In this document: one piece after another, positions 38,479 to 47,849 of the stretch | Layout: the number at the start of each line of letters is the position of its first letter | How positions within the stretch are numbered: position 1 is the first letter of the stretch | Origin: an uncultured Candidatus Saccharibacteria bacterium | Lineage (GTDB): Bacteria > Patescibacteriota > Minisyncoccia > Minisyncoccales > Staskawiczbacteraceae | Assembly (NCBI GenBank): GCA_964483475.1 | Contig: CAZAAH010000003.1 | Location: forward strand, 142-64,141 | DNA: 64,000 nt | Direction: 5' to 3' | Position numbers and translations under genes: made by a program | Notes under the pieces: model-generated | Database searches by the model: none | The model's input: only the letters and a program-made list of their open reading frames with translations | Told to the model about the DNA's origin: nothing

Positions 38479-38850
38479 TTACCCCAAAACGTTTTTAATT
38501 TTTTCAATCACTTGGTCTATATCAAACTGGGATTTTATTAAAAAGTCCTTTGCCCCTAGTTTTAAAGCTCTTTCAATGTCTTCCTGCTGACCCAAATTCG
38601 ACAAAATAATAATTGGAATTGAAGAAACTTTGCTGTCAGCCTTTACTTGCGTCAAAACTTCAAATCCGTCAACATTGGGCAATAATAGGTCAAGCAAAAC
38701 CAAATCTGGATTTTTTTCTTTTACTAATTTAATTCCTTTTTCGCCATCAACCGCTTCCAAAACAGTAAAATCTTCAGATGAAATTTTTTTTCGCAGTAAT
38801 TCCCTAAAAAAATCGTCGTCCTCTATTATTAAAATATTTTTCTTTGCCAT
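38479..38850 (-). CDS. Single-domain response regulator
   Basis: IIEDD, LLDLLLP..DG, LSNL, DFLIK. Confidence 0.93.
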   Translation of the reverse strand: MAKKNILIIEDDDFFRELLRKKISSEDFTVLEAVDGEKGIKLVKEKNPDLVLLDLLLPNVDGFEVLTQVKADSKVSSIPIIILSNLGQQEDIERALKLGAKDFLIKSQFDIDQVIEKIKNVLG

Positions 38851-38889
38851 AGATTGATTATACAACTTAAAATTAACTTTGCAATACTC

Positions 38890-39594
38890 TTAATGTCTAA
38901 TTGGTATCTTTATAAAAAATTTACTTCCCTGGTTTTCTTTTGATTCAAACCAAATTTTCCCTTTATGATCCTCCACAATACTTTTGGCGATAAAAAGGCC
39001 TAATCCAGAACCTACTGTTTGCGTTTTTACGGCGTTATCTCCCCTAAAGAACTGGCTAAATAAATTTTTCTTTTGATTTTCTGGAATTCCTATGCCCGAA
39101 TCCTCAACCTTAACCTCCAGATTTTTTTTATCAACCCTAAGAGAAACATTTACCCTTCCACCGTCTGGGGTGTATTTAATGGCGTTGTCTATAATATTCT
39201 GAATTGCTAAATAAATTTTTTCCTTATCCAGCATCACTTTTGGTATTTCCTGGTTGGATTTTACAAAATCAATTTGAATTTTTTTATTTATAATGTCTCC
39301 TTTTTCAAAGTTTATAATGGATTCTATTAAACCTTCAACATCAACCAGTGTTAAATTAATATCTTTTTGGTTTTTTTGATTTTGGGCCATGTGAAGCAAA
39401 TCATCAACCAAACAAATTAATGCCTCGTCTCTTTGCAATATTTTTTCAATAATGTCTTTTTGCTCTTTTGAAATTTGGCCAAAATCCCCTTCCAAAAGCA
39501 TTTGCAATGATAACTTCATGGTGGAAAGCGGTTTTTTTAGCTGGTGAGCCGCCAACGAAAAAAAACTGATTTTTTCTTCCTTGTTTAATTTCAT
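38890..39594 (-). CDS. Cytoplasmic histidine kinase (HisKA plus HATPase, no sensor domain)
   Basis: AAHQLKKPL, NAIKYT, DSGIGI, GSGLGL. Confidence 0.92.
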   Translation of the reverse strand: MKLNKEEKISFFSLAAHQLKKPLSTMKLSLQMLLEGDFGQISKEQKDIIEKILQRDEALICLVDDLLHMAQNQKNQKDINLTLVDVEGLIESIINFEKGDIINKKIQIDFVKSNQEIPKVMLDKEKIYLAIQNIIDNAIKYTPDGGRVNVSLRVDKKNLEVKVEDSGIGIPENQKKNLFSQFFRGDNAVKTQTVGSGLGLFIAKSIVEDHKGKIWFESKENQGSKFFIKIPIRH

Positions 39595-41219
39595 ATTTCA
39601 AATTTTTTCTTAATGATACCGTTTTTCTGGGCATCGATAATTGAAGACGTGTGAATCAACGAATAAGACCCGTCACTGTTTTTCTTTTCTATTTTAACAT
39701 AATACTTTCCTCTTGGGACCAAGCAATAATATCTTCCGTATTTGTCGGCAATCTTATGGCTGATTTCCACATGAGAAGTTGCTCCAACAATTCTTATAAC
39801 AGCGAAGGAAAGCGGAACACCGGTTGCTTTATCAAATACATAACCAGCCGGCCTTGGTTTCAGCCCCAAAGTCCTCAACAATAATAATACTAAGTATACT
39901 ATAACGATAATGGTATTGTAAGGATGGGGAGCCAAAAAGAAAGCTATTAGAGAAACAAGAAAACCAACAATGAAAGAAGCATCGTAAATCTTTCCCAACA
40001 AAAGATCCCAGCGGGAGTAAAACTTCATAAAAGTTTTATTTTTTTTGGCAAATTCATTCCAATCAAAATGAATAGGATCAAGGGGAATATTTTTAGCTAT
40101 AGTCTCTCCCCTTTCTTTAATTTCTATTTGTTCTCCAAAATAAAGGCTACCATAAAAACCGTCTTCTATTTTACCGCTAATTTTTTTTGAAGGGAATTCA
40201 TAATTTGTTTTTTTGGCTGAAATAAGGTAGGACCCGGGCGCCACCAAAAATCCATATCGGCCATCAATGTCCGTGATCGCCGAAGCAACCTCCTTGCCTC
40301 CCAAACTGCTCAACGTGACATACGCCGGATCCAAGGGTTGTTTGGTAACAGAGTCATACACGATTCCCCATGGCAAGTTTCTTTTTCTGATACCAAGAGC
40401 AGTCAATATACTGCCGAGCAATCTCGTTAAGCTTAGGGTTATGTCATAGAAAGAGGGTAGATAAGTAGCAACGCTTGAAGATGTTGCAATTACAGTAACC
40501 GTCGCTCCCACCGTTGATACTGTCTTAGTTGCTATTGCCCCTTGAGGAGTGTTAATTACTTTTTTTGTTTCTTCAATTGCTATACCAGCCAATTGAACCG
40601 AATTCGCCACGACTTCTGAAACACCGTTGCTCAAAATTTCAACAGCCTTGGTAACTATTTGATATGCATTGCCTCCGATTTCCCTAGTAATTCCTAAAAT
40701 ACCTTCATATCCTTGACTTACTATTTGAGAAAAATTACTGAACACCGTGGTTATTGGATTTGATGGTGGAGCTGGGGGCGGTGGTGGTGTCTCGGGTGGC
40801 GGAGGAGGTGGTATTGGCGGAGGAGGCGGTGGAATTTGAATAGCAGAAACTACAAATGGCAAGGAGCTTGATGTCCCCCCTCCAGGAGAAGGATTGGTTA
40901 CGCCAATAGAATATGTCCCTTCATTCTTAAAATCAAAAGAAGTAAGTGAAGCCGAAATCTGGGTTTTTGAAATAAAAGTTGTCCCTCTTGGCGAACCATT
41001 GAAATTTACCACAGAATCTGAAATAAAGTTGTCTCCCTTGACCGTCAACGACAATCCCTGATCTCCAACCGTGCCGCTTGACGGGGTTATCGCCGTGATG
41101 ACCGGCAAGGGATTGTAGACCGTGAAGGTAAAGCTGTTTGAGTCGCTCGACTGGGCCGAGGCTACTGTGGAAAAAAGACAGAAAAATAATGTGAGGAAAA
41201 TAAAAAATATTTTTTTCAT
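39591..41219 (-). CDS. Exported/membrane protein with IPT/TIG domain, Pro linker and carboxypeptidase-regulatory-like domains
   Basis: Signal peptide; PVITAITP...GDNF; WGIVYDSVTKQPLDPA...TDIDGRYGF. Confidence 0.8.
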   Translation of the reverse strand: MKKIFFIFLTLFFCLFSTVASAQSSDSNSFTFTVYNPLPVITAITPSSGTVGDQGLSLTVKGDNFISDSVVNFNGSPRGTTFISKTQISASLTSFDFKNEGTYSIGVTNPSPGGGTSSSLPFVVSAIQIPPPPPPIPPPPPPETPPPPPAPPSNPITTVFSNFSQIVSQGYEGILGITREIGGNAYQIVTKAVEILSNGVSEVVANSVQLAGIAIEETKKVINTPQGAIATKTVSTVGATVTVIATSSSVATYLPSFYDITLSLTRLLGSILTALGIRKRNLPWGIVYDSVTKQPLDPAYVTLSSLGGKEVASAITDIDGRYGFLVAPGSYLISAKKTNYEFPSKKISGKIEDGFYGSLYFGEQIEIKERGETIAKNIPLDPIHFDWNEFAKKNKTFMKFYSRWDLLLGKIYDASFIVGFLVSLIAFFLAPHPYNTIIVIVYLVLLLLRTLGLKPRPAGYVFDKATGVPLSFAVIRIVGATSHVEISHKIADKYGRYYCLVPRGKYYVKIEKKNSDGSYSLIHTSSIIDAQKNGIIKKKFEI

Positions 41220-41247
41220 AGTTTCAGGCTTTGCTCTTTTTACCATA

Positions 41248-44200
41248 TCAGTTACCGCTGACTTTGACATCAAACAAGCCAGCCTTTTTCAAGTCGGCGG
41301 CCAAAATCAAAGTCGTTAATTGGGTTGAGGAAACGTAATTTGTTTTGTAGAGCAGATTATTGAAGTAAATGACCGACCGGCTGGTAAAGTTGGAGCCATT
41401 AACCGTCAAAAGCGTATCAGGGCTGCCAATGGGAACTTGTGGTGGAGATATATTTGATATTATAGGCGGAGGCAGCTTAACGTTTTTCATAGCACAATAT
41501 GAAATTCTGTCCGCACTAACAACAATTGAAGAGCATCCGCTGATTGTATTTTGCCAACCCAAAGGGACGATTTCACTCACTGAATAAGTTCCAGGAATGA
41601 CGTTTTGAGTATTGGTACCTGAACCGTTTTGGGTAGTTATAGAAAAATCGTTGTAGCCAGTTCCGGTGGCCTTGAAGTTAAAAGTGTAATCTCCACCAAC
41701 AGCTATTTTATTAACTACAATTGTACCAGTTTTAACGGTCGTCACAGAACAATTTGAAGTTTTGTTTGAAGAAACAGTAACCGATGAGCATGTGTCGCTC
41801 GTCTTTTGCCAGCCAGAAGGGACAATTTCACTTGCCGAATATGTTCCAGGAAGGACACTTTGCGTATTTGAGCCCGATCCATTTTTAGTAGTAATAGAAA
41901 AATCGTTGTAGCCAGTTCCGGTGGCTTTGAAGTTAAAAGTGTAGTCTCCGCCGACGGATATTTGGGTAACAGTGATGTTGCCAGTTTTTTGTGACTGTGG
42001 TGGCGGTGGTGGCGGACTTGATCCTCCTCCCCCTCCGCCCCCTCCTCCTCCACCACCGCCGCAGTTAGACGGCGACCTAAATAACCAACCGCTATTGCCA
42101 GATACATTTGAAGAGTTGCACCCCGCATACCATGCGGCCCCTCCCGAAGCCGCCGAATCTTTCAGGGAAAGAAAATCAGATGAAACGGTTCCCGAAGATT
42201 TTGATAGCGTGGCGGCCGTACTGCTGGAAGAAGAATTAATAGTGATAATATTGCCCGATGTCCCGATGGCCGTGAAAGCCCCGGTAAAGGTTTGGGTGCT
42301 AGAGCTGGTAAAGGTCACGGTTTTGGGATTGTTGATGGTAAAGTTGCTAAAGGTGTTGCTCCCCTGGATGATGATGGCCCCAGACCCCCCGCCAGTAATT
42401 GATAGGTCATTATATGTTTTACCGCCCCCGCTAAATGTTTTGCTCGATGAAGACGTGTCGGTGATTTGAATGGTTGAAGTACCGGCGTTAAAAGTTCCCG
42501 AATTGGAAAAAATGGTGCCGGTACCAGAAAGCGTGAGGGTCCTGGAGTTAGCATCTAGGGTTCCAGCGGTGATGGTTAGATTGCTATTGACGGTGGTGTT
42601 GGCTGATAAGGTATAGGTTTCGCTGGCGTTGTTGAGGGTCAGGTTATTGTAGGTAACATTGGCAATGGTGGTGTTTCCCGATCCGTTGTCGCCCGTGTAA
42701 GAGACAGTACCCGTTGAGGCGGTAAGGGTTCCTTTTGAATTAATAACAAGAGGGGTGCCAGTAGTTCCCGATAAGGTTATTGTATAGCTTGATCCGCTGA
42801 ACGTCTGGGTGTTAACGCCCGATGAGGGTCCTACGGTTAATACATTGGTTACTGTCGTATTACCTCCAAGGGTATAGGTTCTGCCACCGGTTTGAGTGGT
42901 GGCGTTTCCAGCCTGTAAGTTATAATAGGTAGTCCCTAACATAGTAACCGTAGCACCGTCACCCGTGTAATTTACCGTTGAAGTGGATGAAGTAAATGTT
43001 CCATTGTTTATGAAAGGGGTGCCTACACCCGATAACGTGAGTGTTTGTGAACCCGCCGAGAAGTTACCATTGGTAATAGTGAGACTCGTGCCAATGGTAG
43101 TTGCATCCTGCAATGTCCAGCCTCCCCCGACACCATTGAAAGTCAGGTTATTGAATGAGCTACCTCCTGTGGTGATAGTTTTTCCTGTGGTTGTGGCGTT
43201 GAAAGTAACGGTGTTTCCCCCCGCGGTAAAGGTTCCCGAGTTAGACCAGTTTGACGAGGCAGTAATATTATAATTAGAACTGGAAACATCCAGTGTGGTG
43301 CCAGTTCCGATGGTTACGTTTCCCGTTATTGCAATGTTTGTGCCCAGGGTCATAACCGCTGTTCCGCTTAGCGTCAGATTGCCGCCGATGGTTGTCAAAA
43401 CATTTCCCGAAGTTGAAGCAGAGCTGGACATGGTAAAGTCGTTGGTGGTGGTGATACTGGTCATGGTCTTGGCTCCGCTCCCGCTCAAAGTCAAATTAGA
43501 ATAGGTATGAAGAGTGCCGCCGTTTGGATCTTTTACGGTCAGCGCTCCGTTGGCCGTGTAGTTGACGGTGTTGGTGGCCGTGGAAGCTGAAAAAGTTCCG
43601 GCTCCCGAGAAAGGAGTGGTTGAACCAAGGCTCAATGTTGAACCGTTGCCTTGGGCCCAGTTACCAGTAAGAGTCAGAGTGCCGGTCACGGTGACCGTGC
43701 CACCAGTATAGTTGTTGGTGGTGGTTCCGCTGGAAATTGCCAGGGCTCCCCCAAAGGTGATGCCGCCAGTCCCAGCCCCAGCTAAATTTCCAACAAGGGT
43801 GTTTGAGCCGTTGTTTCCGAGGTTGGCAAGATTGGAACTTGATTGGGTAAGACCAGTGCCTATGGAAACCGCGGGATTTTGGCCCGACATATCAAAGGTG
43901 CCGCCGGAGTTTACGGTTACCGCTCCGGTAAATGTTTTGGTTCCTGTTGCCGAAGTAGCCGTGTTAATAGTCCCTGAAATAGAGGTAGTGCCCGTCGTCG
44001 TGAAAGCAAATCCCGCCATGCTTAAGGTGCCGGCCGTAATTACAAGATTATTACTCACCGTTGTGGCGTCTTGAGGGGTATAAGTTCCGCTGCTTCCGTT
44101 AATAGTTAGATTATAAAAAGATGAACCGCCCGAGGTTATTTTAGCGCTAGCAGAAGTTGAGGCAAGGGTGACCGTGGTGGTTGCTGCGGTAAATGTTCCT

Positions 44201-45513
44201 GCGTTTTTGTAGTTTCCGCCAACGCTAATAGCTGAAGATCCTCCGGGAGCATAGGTTTGGCTGGCGGCAATATACAGATTTTTTCCCGATGCCAGCGTTG
44301 TCGTGGTGCTGTTGCTGGCAGAATAAATAGAGGTGATGCCGCTGTCGGCGTTGTTGTCTGACGTATCCATGTTTGCTCCCGTAAATGATCCCCCGTTGTC
44401 GCTCCTGACCACCAAATCATTCTGGTAAATATCAACACTAGTCATATTGGATCCCGTGCCCGTGGTTACCGTAGCCCCAACCTCCGTGTTGCCCTGAAGG
44501 TAAATGGTTAAGACATCTCCGGCGTTAATGGTTAAACCGCTGATGCTGTAGGTTCCACCAGCGCCGGTTGTAGTGCTTCCGACAGCCGCTGCCCCGTTAA
44601 TAGAAACCTTTACGGTTTTTCCAGAACCCATGGTGGTGACGCCCTCGTCAGTGTAAGCAGTTCCAGAAACAGAAACGGTTGTTGATGAAGCTTTAAACGT
44701 TGCTATGGCTCCCTCCCAACTGTTAGTGGGACCACCACTGTCAGTAACGGTAGCGCCCGTTGAATACGTGCCCGTGGCAGAAACGATTCTGTCGAGAAAG
44801 GCCGCAAAAATAGATGTAGAATAACTGTTTTCAATGGTAAAGCTATTAGTGGGAGAGCTAAACGTATCGGTGGTAGTTCCCAATCCTCCAATAAGCAATT
44901 CATTGGCCTGGGTGGTGGCGGCGGTAGTTCCTGTTGAAGGAGAGGTGCTATCACCAGAATTGGTTGCCGTCTTATCAAGGGAAGAAGAGGTAGCAACGCC
45001 GCTGTACTCGGCAACGATGACACTGAGGCCGGCATCGGCATCGGTTGTAAAGTTTCCGGTGCTTGATTGGGAAGCGGCGTTCTCCTTATAAAAAATTGAA
45101 AGTCTCCTGATGCTCATAACTCCGGTGCCGCCACCATTGATAGTAGTGGCTTGAGTCCAACCGGTAGGCGCCGTAATATTGTCGGTGCCAGCTCCCGAAG
45201 CATCGTCCTCGGCACTAGCTACCGCTATAAGAATGTTTCCTGCAGTGGTAGATGACGTCCATGTTACCGAAACAGTCGCATTTGCCACTGATGACTGGTT
45301 CTTTGCTGTTTGAACCAGCGAAATCGCGCCATGGGCAACACGAGGAGGAGGGACAAACAAAAACAAGCTGGCAAAAACAGCTATGATAAGGAAAAAAGAA
45401 AGCAGCGCCCTCAAAGAAGAATACTTTCTGAAGGAACTTTTCCTGTTTTGAACCTTTACCGAGCAACTTTCCGATTCTATAAATCTAATTTTTATGACTT
45501 GTTTTTTTCGCAT
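41248..45513 (-). CDS. Large Thr/Gly/Ser-rich surface protein/adhesin (beta-helix-like repeats, Ig-like domains)
   Basis: N-terminal TM, recurrent F.NLT...G..T repeats, poly-G/poly-P hinge, duplicated Ig-like domain, C-terminal IPT. Confidence 0.85.
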   Translation of the reverse strand: MRKKQVIKIRFIESESCSVKVQNRKSSFRKYSSLRALLSFFLIIAVFASLFLFVPPPRVAHGAISLVQTAKNQSSVANATVSVTWTSSTTAGNILIAVASAEDDASGAGTDNITAPTGWTQATTINGGGTGVMSIRRLSIFYKENAASQSSTGNFTTDADAGLSVIVAEYSGVATSSSLDKTATNSGDSTSPSTGTTAATTQANELLIGGLGTTTDTFSSPTNSFTIENSYSTSIFAAFLDRIVSATGTYSTGATVTDSGGPTNSWEGAIATFKASSTTVSVSGTAYTDEGVTTMGSGKTVKVSINGAAAVGSTTTGAGGTYSISGLTINAGDVLTIYLQGNTEVGATVTTGTGSNMTSVDIYQNDLVVRSDNGGSFTGANMDTSDNNADSGITSIYSASNSTTTTLASGKNLYIAASQTYAPGGSSAISVGGNYKNAGTFTAATTTVTLASTSASAKITSGGSSFYNLTINGSSGTYTPQDATTVSNNLVITAGTLSMAGFAFTTTGTTSISGTINTATSATGTKTFTGAVTVNSGGTFDMSGQNPAVSIGTGLTQSSSNLANLGNNGSNTLVGNLAGAGTGGITFGGALAISSGTTTNNYTGGTVTVTGTLTLTGNWAQGNGSTLSLGSTTPFSGAGTFSASTATNTVNYTANGALTVKDPNGGTLHTYSNLTLSGSGAKTMTSITTTNDFTMSSSASTSGNVLTTIGGNLTLSGTAVMTLGTNIAITGNVTIGTGTTLDVSSSNYNITASSNWSNSGTFTAGGNTVTFNATTTGKTITTGGSSFNNLTFNGVGGGWTLQDATTIGTSLTITNGNFSAGSQTLTLSGVGTPFINNGTFTSSTSTVNYTGDGATVTMLGTTYYNLQAGNATTQTGGRTYTLGGNTTVTNVLTVGPSSGVNTQTFSGSSYTITLSGTTGTPLVINSKGTLTASTGTVSYTGDNGSGNTTIANVTYNNLTLNNASETYTLSANTTVNSNLTITAGTLDANSRTLTLSGTGTIFSNSGTFNAGTSTIQITDTSSSSKTFSGGGKTYNDLSITGGGSGAIIIQGSNTFSNFTINNPKTVTFTSSSTQTFTGAFTAIGTSGNIITINSSSSSTAATLSKSSGTVSSDFLSLKDSAASGGAAWYAGCNSSNVSGNSGWLFRSPSNCGGGGGGGGGGGGGSSPPPPPPQSQKTGNITVTQISVGGDYTFNFKATGTGYNDFSITTKNGSGSNTQSVLPGTYSASEIVPSGWQKTSDTCSSVTVSSNKTSNCSVTTVKTGTIVVNKIAVGGDYTFNFKATGTGYNDFSITTQNGSGTNTQNVIPGTYSVSEIVPLGWQNTISGCSSIVVSADRISYCAMKNVKLPPPIISNISPPQVPIGSPDTLLTVNGSNFTSRSVIYFNNLLYKTNYVSSTQLTTLILAADLKKAGLFDVKVSGN

Positions 45514-45618
45514 TATGCAAAGAAAATGAGAAGTTATATTCCCTTTAAATTTCTTTTATATTTCTTAATTTTAACAACTTAAAAAATTATCAACAAGTGG
45601 ATAACTGAATATTTTTAT

Positions 45619-45656
45619 AGCTCAAAAAAACACCTGTACGGGTGTTTTTTTGAGCT
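45619..45656. terminator. Terminator downstream of the putative 6S RNA
   Basis: AGCTCAAAAAAACACCTG-TA-CGGGTGTTTTTTTGAGCT. Confidence 0.65.
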
Positions 45657-45773
45657 CTGGTATGCAGATTTCTATTAAAATCTACGTGGGTGTCCTCAAG
45701 TTCCGACCACGGCCGGAATAAATATTGGACTCCCTTAAAAAAAGCTAATATAGAATCTTATTTTCCCAGAGCT
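45653..45773 (-). ncRNA. ssrS: Compact 6S-like RNA
   Basis: Rod fold AGCUCUGG/CCAGAGCU, AGAUUCUAU/AUAGAAAUCU, central bubble, GGGAGUCC/GGACACCC; own TTGACA-16-TAAAAT promoter at 45780-45807. Confidence 0.65.
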
Positions 45774-45816
45774 GACTTTATTTTAATCCTTTAAAAAATC
45801 TTGTCAAATCGTGGGC

Positions 45817-46890
45817 TTATATCTTCAAAACTTTTACCAACTGCTTTATCAAGGAGACAACGACCGGAGGCGGCATCAAGCTGTTGGAAGTAACTCCCTG
45901 GTCATCCTTAAACTCCCACGGTTTCTCCTGCACCTGAACCTTTTTGCTCTCTTGGTCATATGAGTAAGTATATTCGGGCGTAATTTCATAATCGTCAAAA
46001 TTATCTTTTACCTTTTCAACCGGTATTGAATTTCTTAACAATATTTTAGAAATACCGTGCATTTCGTAAACTTTTTCCATCAAATTTCCTTCTTTTTCTA
46101 ATCGTTCGCGAATCGACTCAATGCCCATTTCGTCTCCTTCCTTCATTACCATTTTGGCTTCTGTACAACTTGGATTATCACAAAGCAAGTAAAATTTATT
46201 TTCAGCTACATTATATTCAACTTTTTGAGTTGCCAAAAGTTTTGTGTTTCTTGAGTTATTACATATAGGACAAATGACTCTATATTTTATTCTTTCATCT
46301 ATGACACTCATAGGGACATCAATGAGAACAAAAATATCAGGGTCATTCCTATAATCAATAAGATTTTTGAAGAATAATGAGTACGAGACTTGATCAAAAT
46401 CTCGTGGGAAGCCATCAATGAATATAGCTTTTTTGCCAAGCTTGGAAATTTCTCTCTCGGTTAGGACTAGTATCAGCTCTGTGGGCAAAAGCACCTTAGT
46501 TGACCTGCCCTCCATTGATTTTATGATATCACCAATTGAAACTGGCCCTCTGTAATTTTTGTGTAAAAAATCTATCAATTCTTTTTTCTTGCTTTCATCT
46601 TTTAATACTTCATCAAAAGACCTTATCATGTCTCCAATGGAAAAGTGTTCTATTCTTTCCGGCGCTATAATTTCTTTGAACATTTTTGAATATACTCCCT
46701 TCCCTGAATTTTTTTTACCCAAAAGATACACTATAAAGGTATTTTTTTTAAAGTACTCCTGTAATTTTTTTATTTCTTCCCCAGCTTTGTATTCAAAATA
46801 CTCCTGCCTTTGCTTGGCATCCGTTAAATCAAATTTTTTATCTTTTCCTTCAATTTTCGTTTTGAAAATTGGAAAATCTATATTTTTCAT
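45817..46890 (-). CDS. Adenylate-kinase-like nucleoside monophosphate kinase, 357 aa
   Basis: GKKNSGKG P-loop, FSIGDMIR, FIDGFPR, zinc LID CPIC...C..C. Confidence 0.8.
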   Translation of the reverse strand: MKNIDFPIFKTKIEGKDKKFDLTDAKQRQEYFEYKAGEEIKKLQEYFKKNTFIVYLLGKKNSGKGVYSKMFKEIIAPERIEHFSIGDMIRSFDEVLKDESKKKELIDFLHKNYRGPVSIGDIIKSMEGRSTKVLLPTELILVLTEREISKLGKKAIFIDGFPRDFDQVSYSLFFKNLIDYRNDPDIFVLIDVPMSVIDERIKYRVICPICNNSRNTKLLATQKVEYNVAENKFYLLCDNPSCTEAKMVMKEGDEMGIESIRERLEKEGNLMEKVYEMHGISKILLRNSIPVEKVKDNFDDYEITPEYTYSYDQESKKVQVQEKPWEFKDDQGVTSNSLMPPPVVVSLIKQLVKVLKI

Positions 46891-46951
46891 GTTTTAAAAA
46901 CTAAGCAAAAATGCGATGGTCATCGCATTTTCGCTCAACCCCAAATGAGTT

Positions 46952-47209
46952 TTACGATAGATGTTTTGAAACTAATTTGGTCATTTCAAACATATTGACC
47001 GTTTTCTTTCCATTAAACACTTCTTTGAGCTTATCATCTGCATTGATGTTCCTTCTGTTTTTGCTATCTTGAAGTCCGTTTTTCTTTATATAAGCCCACA
47101 GTTTTTTTACCACTTGAGACCTTGGCATTGGGCCCTTTCCCACCACAGCTTCCAAATCAGCTGTAAGTTTTAACGGCTTCATGAAAGCTGAATTTGCTTT
47201 TCTTGCCAT
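46952..47209 (-). CDS. Stand-alone SWIB/MDM2-domain protein
   Basis: PMPRSQVVKKLWAYIKKNGLQD...INADDKL...MFEMTK. Confidence 0.92.
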   Translation of the reverse strand: MARKANSAFMKPLKLTADLEAVVGKGPMPRSQVVKKLWAYIKKNGLQDSKNRRNINADDKLKEVFNGKKTVNMFEMTKLVSKHLS

Positions 47210-47290
47210 AATTTGAGAACCTAGAATTTAGAAAATAGAATCTAGAATACGAAATTCTATTTTCTACTTTCTATTTTCTACTTTCTAATT

Positions 47291-47452
47291 TTATTTTTTC
47301 ATTCCCATGATCCTGAACATTTTGGTGCCGCACTTTTGGCACGTGCCGGTCATGGCCATCCTCATTTTGCCGCCCTTGCCCTTCATGCTCACCTCTTTTG
47401 GATCATTCATTTCCCTTTTTGCTTTGCACTTTACGCAATAAGCTTCTGCCAT
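47291..47452 (-). CDS. DUF5679-like small zinc-ribbon protein
   Basis: Hand-translated: MAEAYCVKCKAKREM...GTCQKCGTKMFRIMG. Confidence 0.85.
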   Translation of the reverse strand: MAEAYCVKCKAKREMNDPKEVSMKGKGGKMRMAMTGTCQKCGTKMFRIMGMKK

Positions 47453-47609
47453 AAATGGATGTTAGAAGTTGGATGTTAGAAGTTAGAAAATTCCAACTTC
47501 CAATTTCTAATATCTAAATTCTAATTTTCGACCTTGTTTTTTATGATTTTTAATCTTTAAGCTATATTATCTTATAAGATAGTCGTAGTCAATCACAATG
47601 TCAATACTA

Positions 47610-47846
47610 TTATTGATTTTTAGGAGTTTTGGGCTTGGCAAAGTGAAAAATGTAAATAATCTCCAATATGCCGAAGGTATTTACGATTAAAAAGAATATA
47701 AACCAATTCTTTTGGCTATTTTGGGCTGATTTCCATAGAGCAACTCCCTTCCAAACCAGCGACCAAGCCAACAAAACCAAAAATAGCAATGAAAAAGAAG
47801 GGTTACTTAATAATTCAAAAAACTTTAAAGTTTGCTGATCTAACAT
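47610..47846 (-). CDS. DUF5652-like membrane protein
   Basis: WKGVALWKSA...WF...VNTFGILEIIY. Confidence 0.8.
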   Translation of the reverse strand: MLDQQTLKFFELLSNPSFSLLFLVLLAWSLVWKGVALWKSAQNSQKNWFIFFLIVNTFGILEIIYIFHFAKPKTPKNQ

Positions 47847-47849
47847 ATT

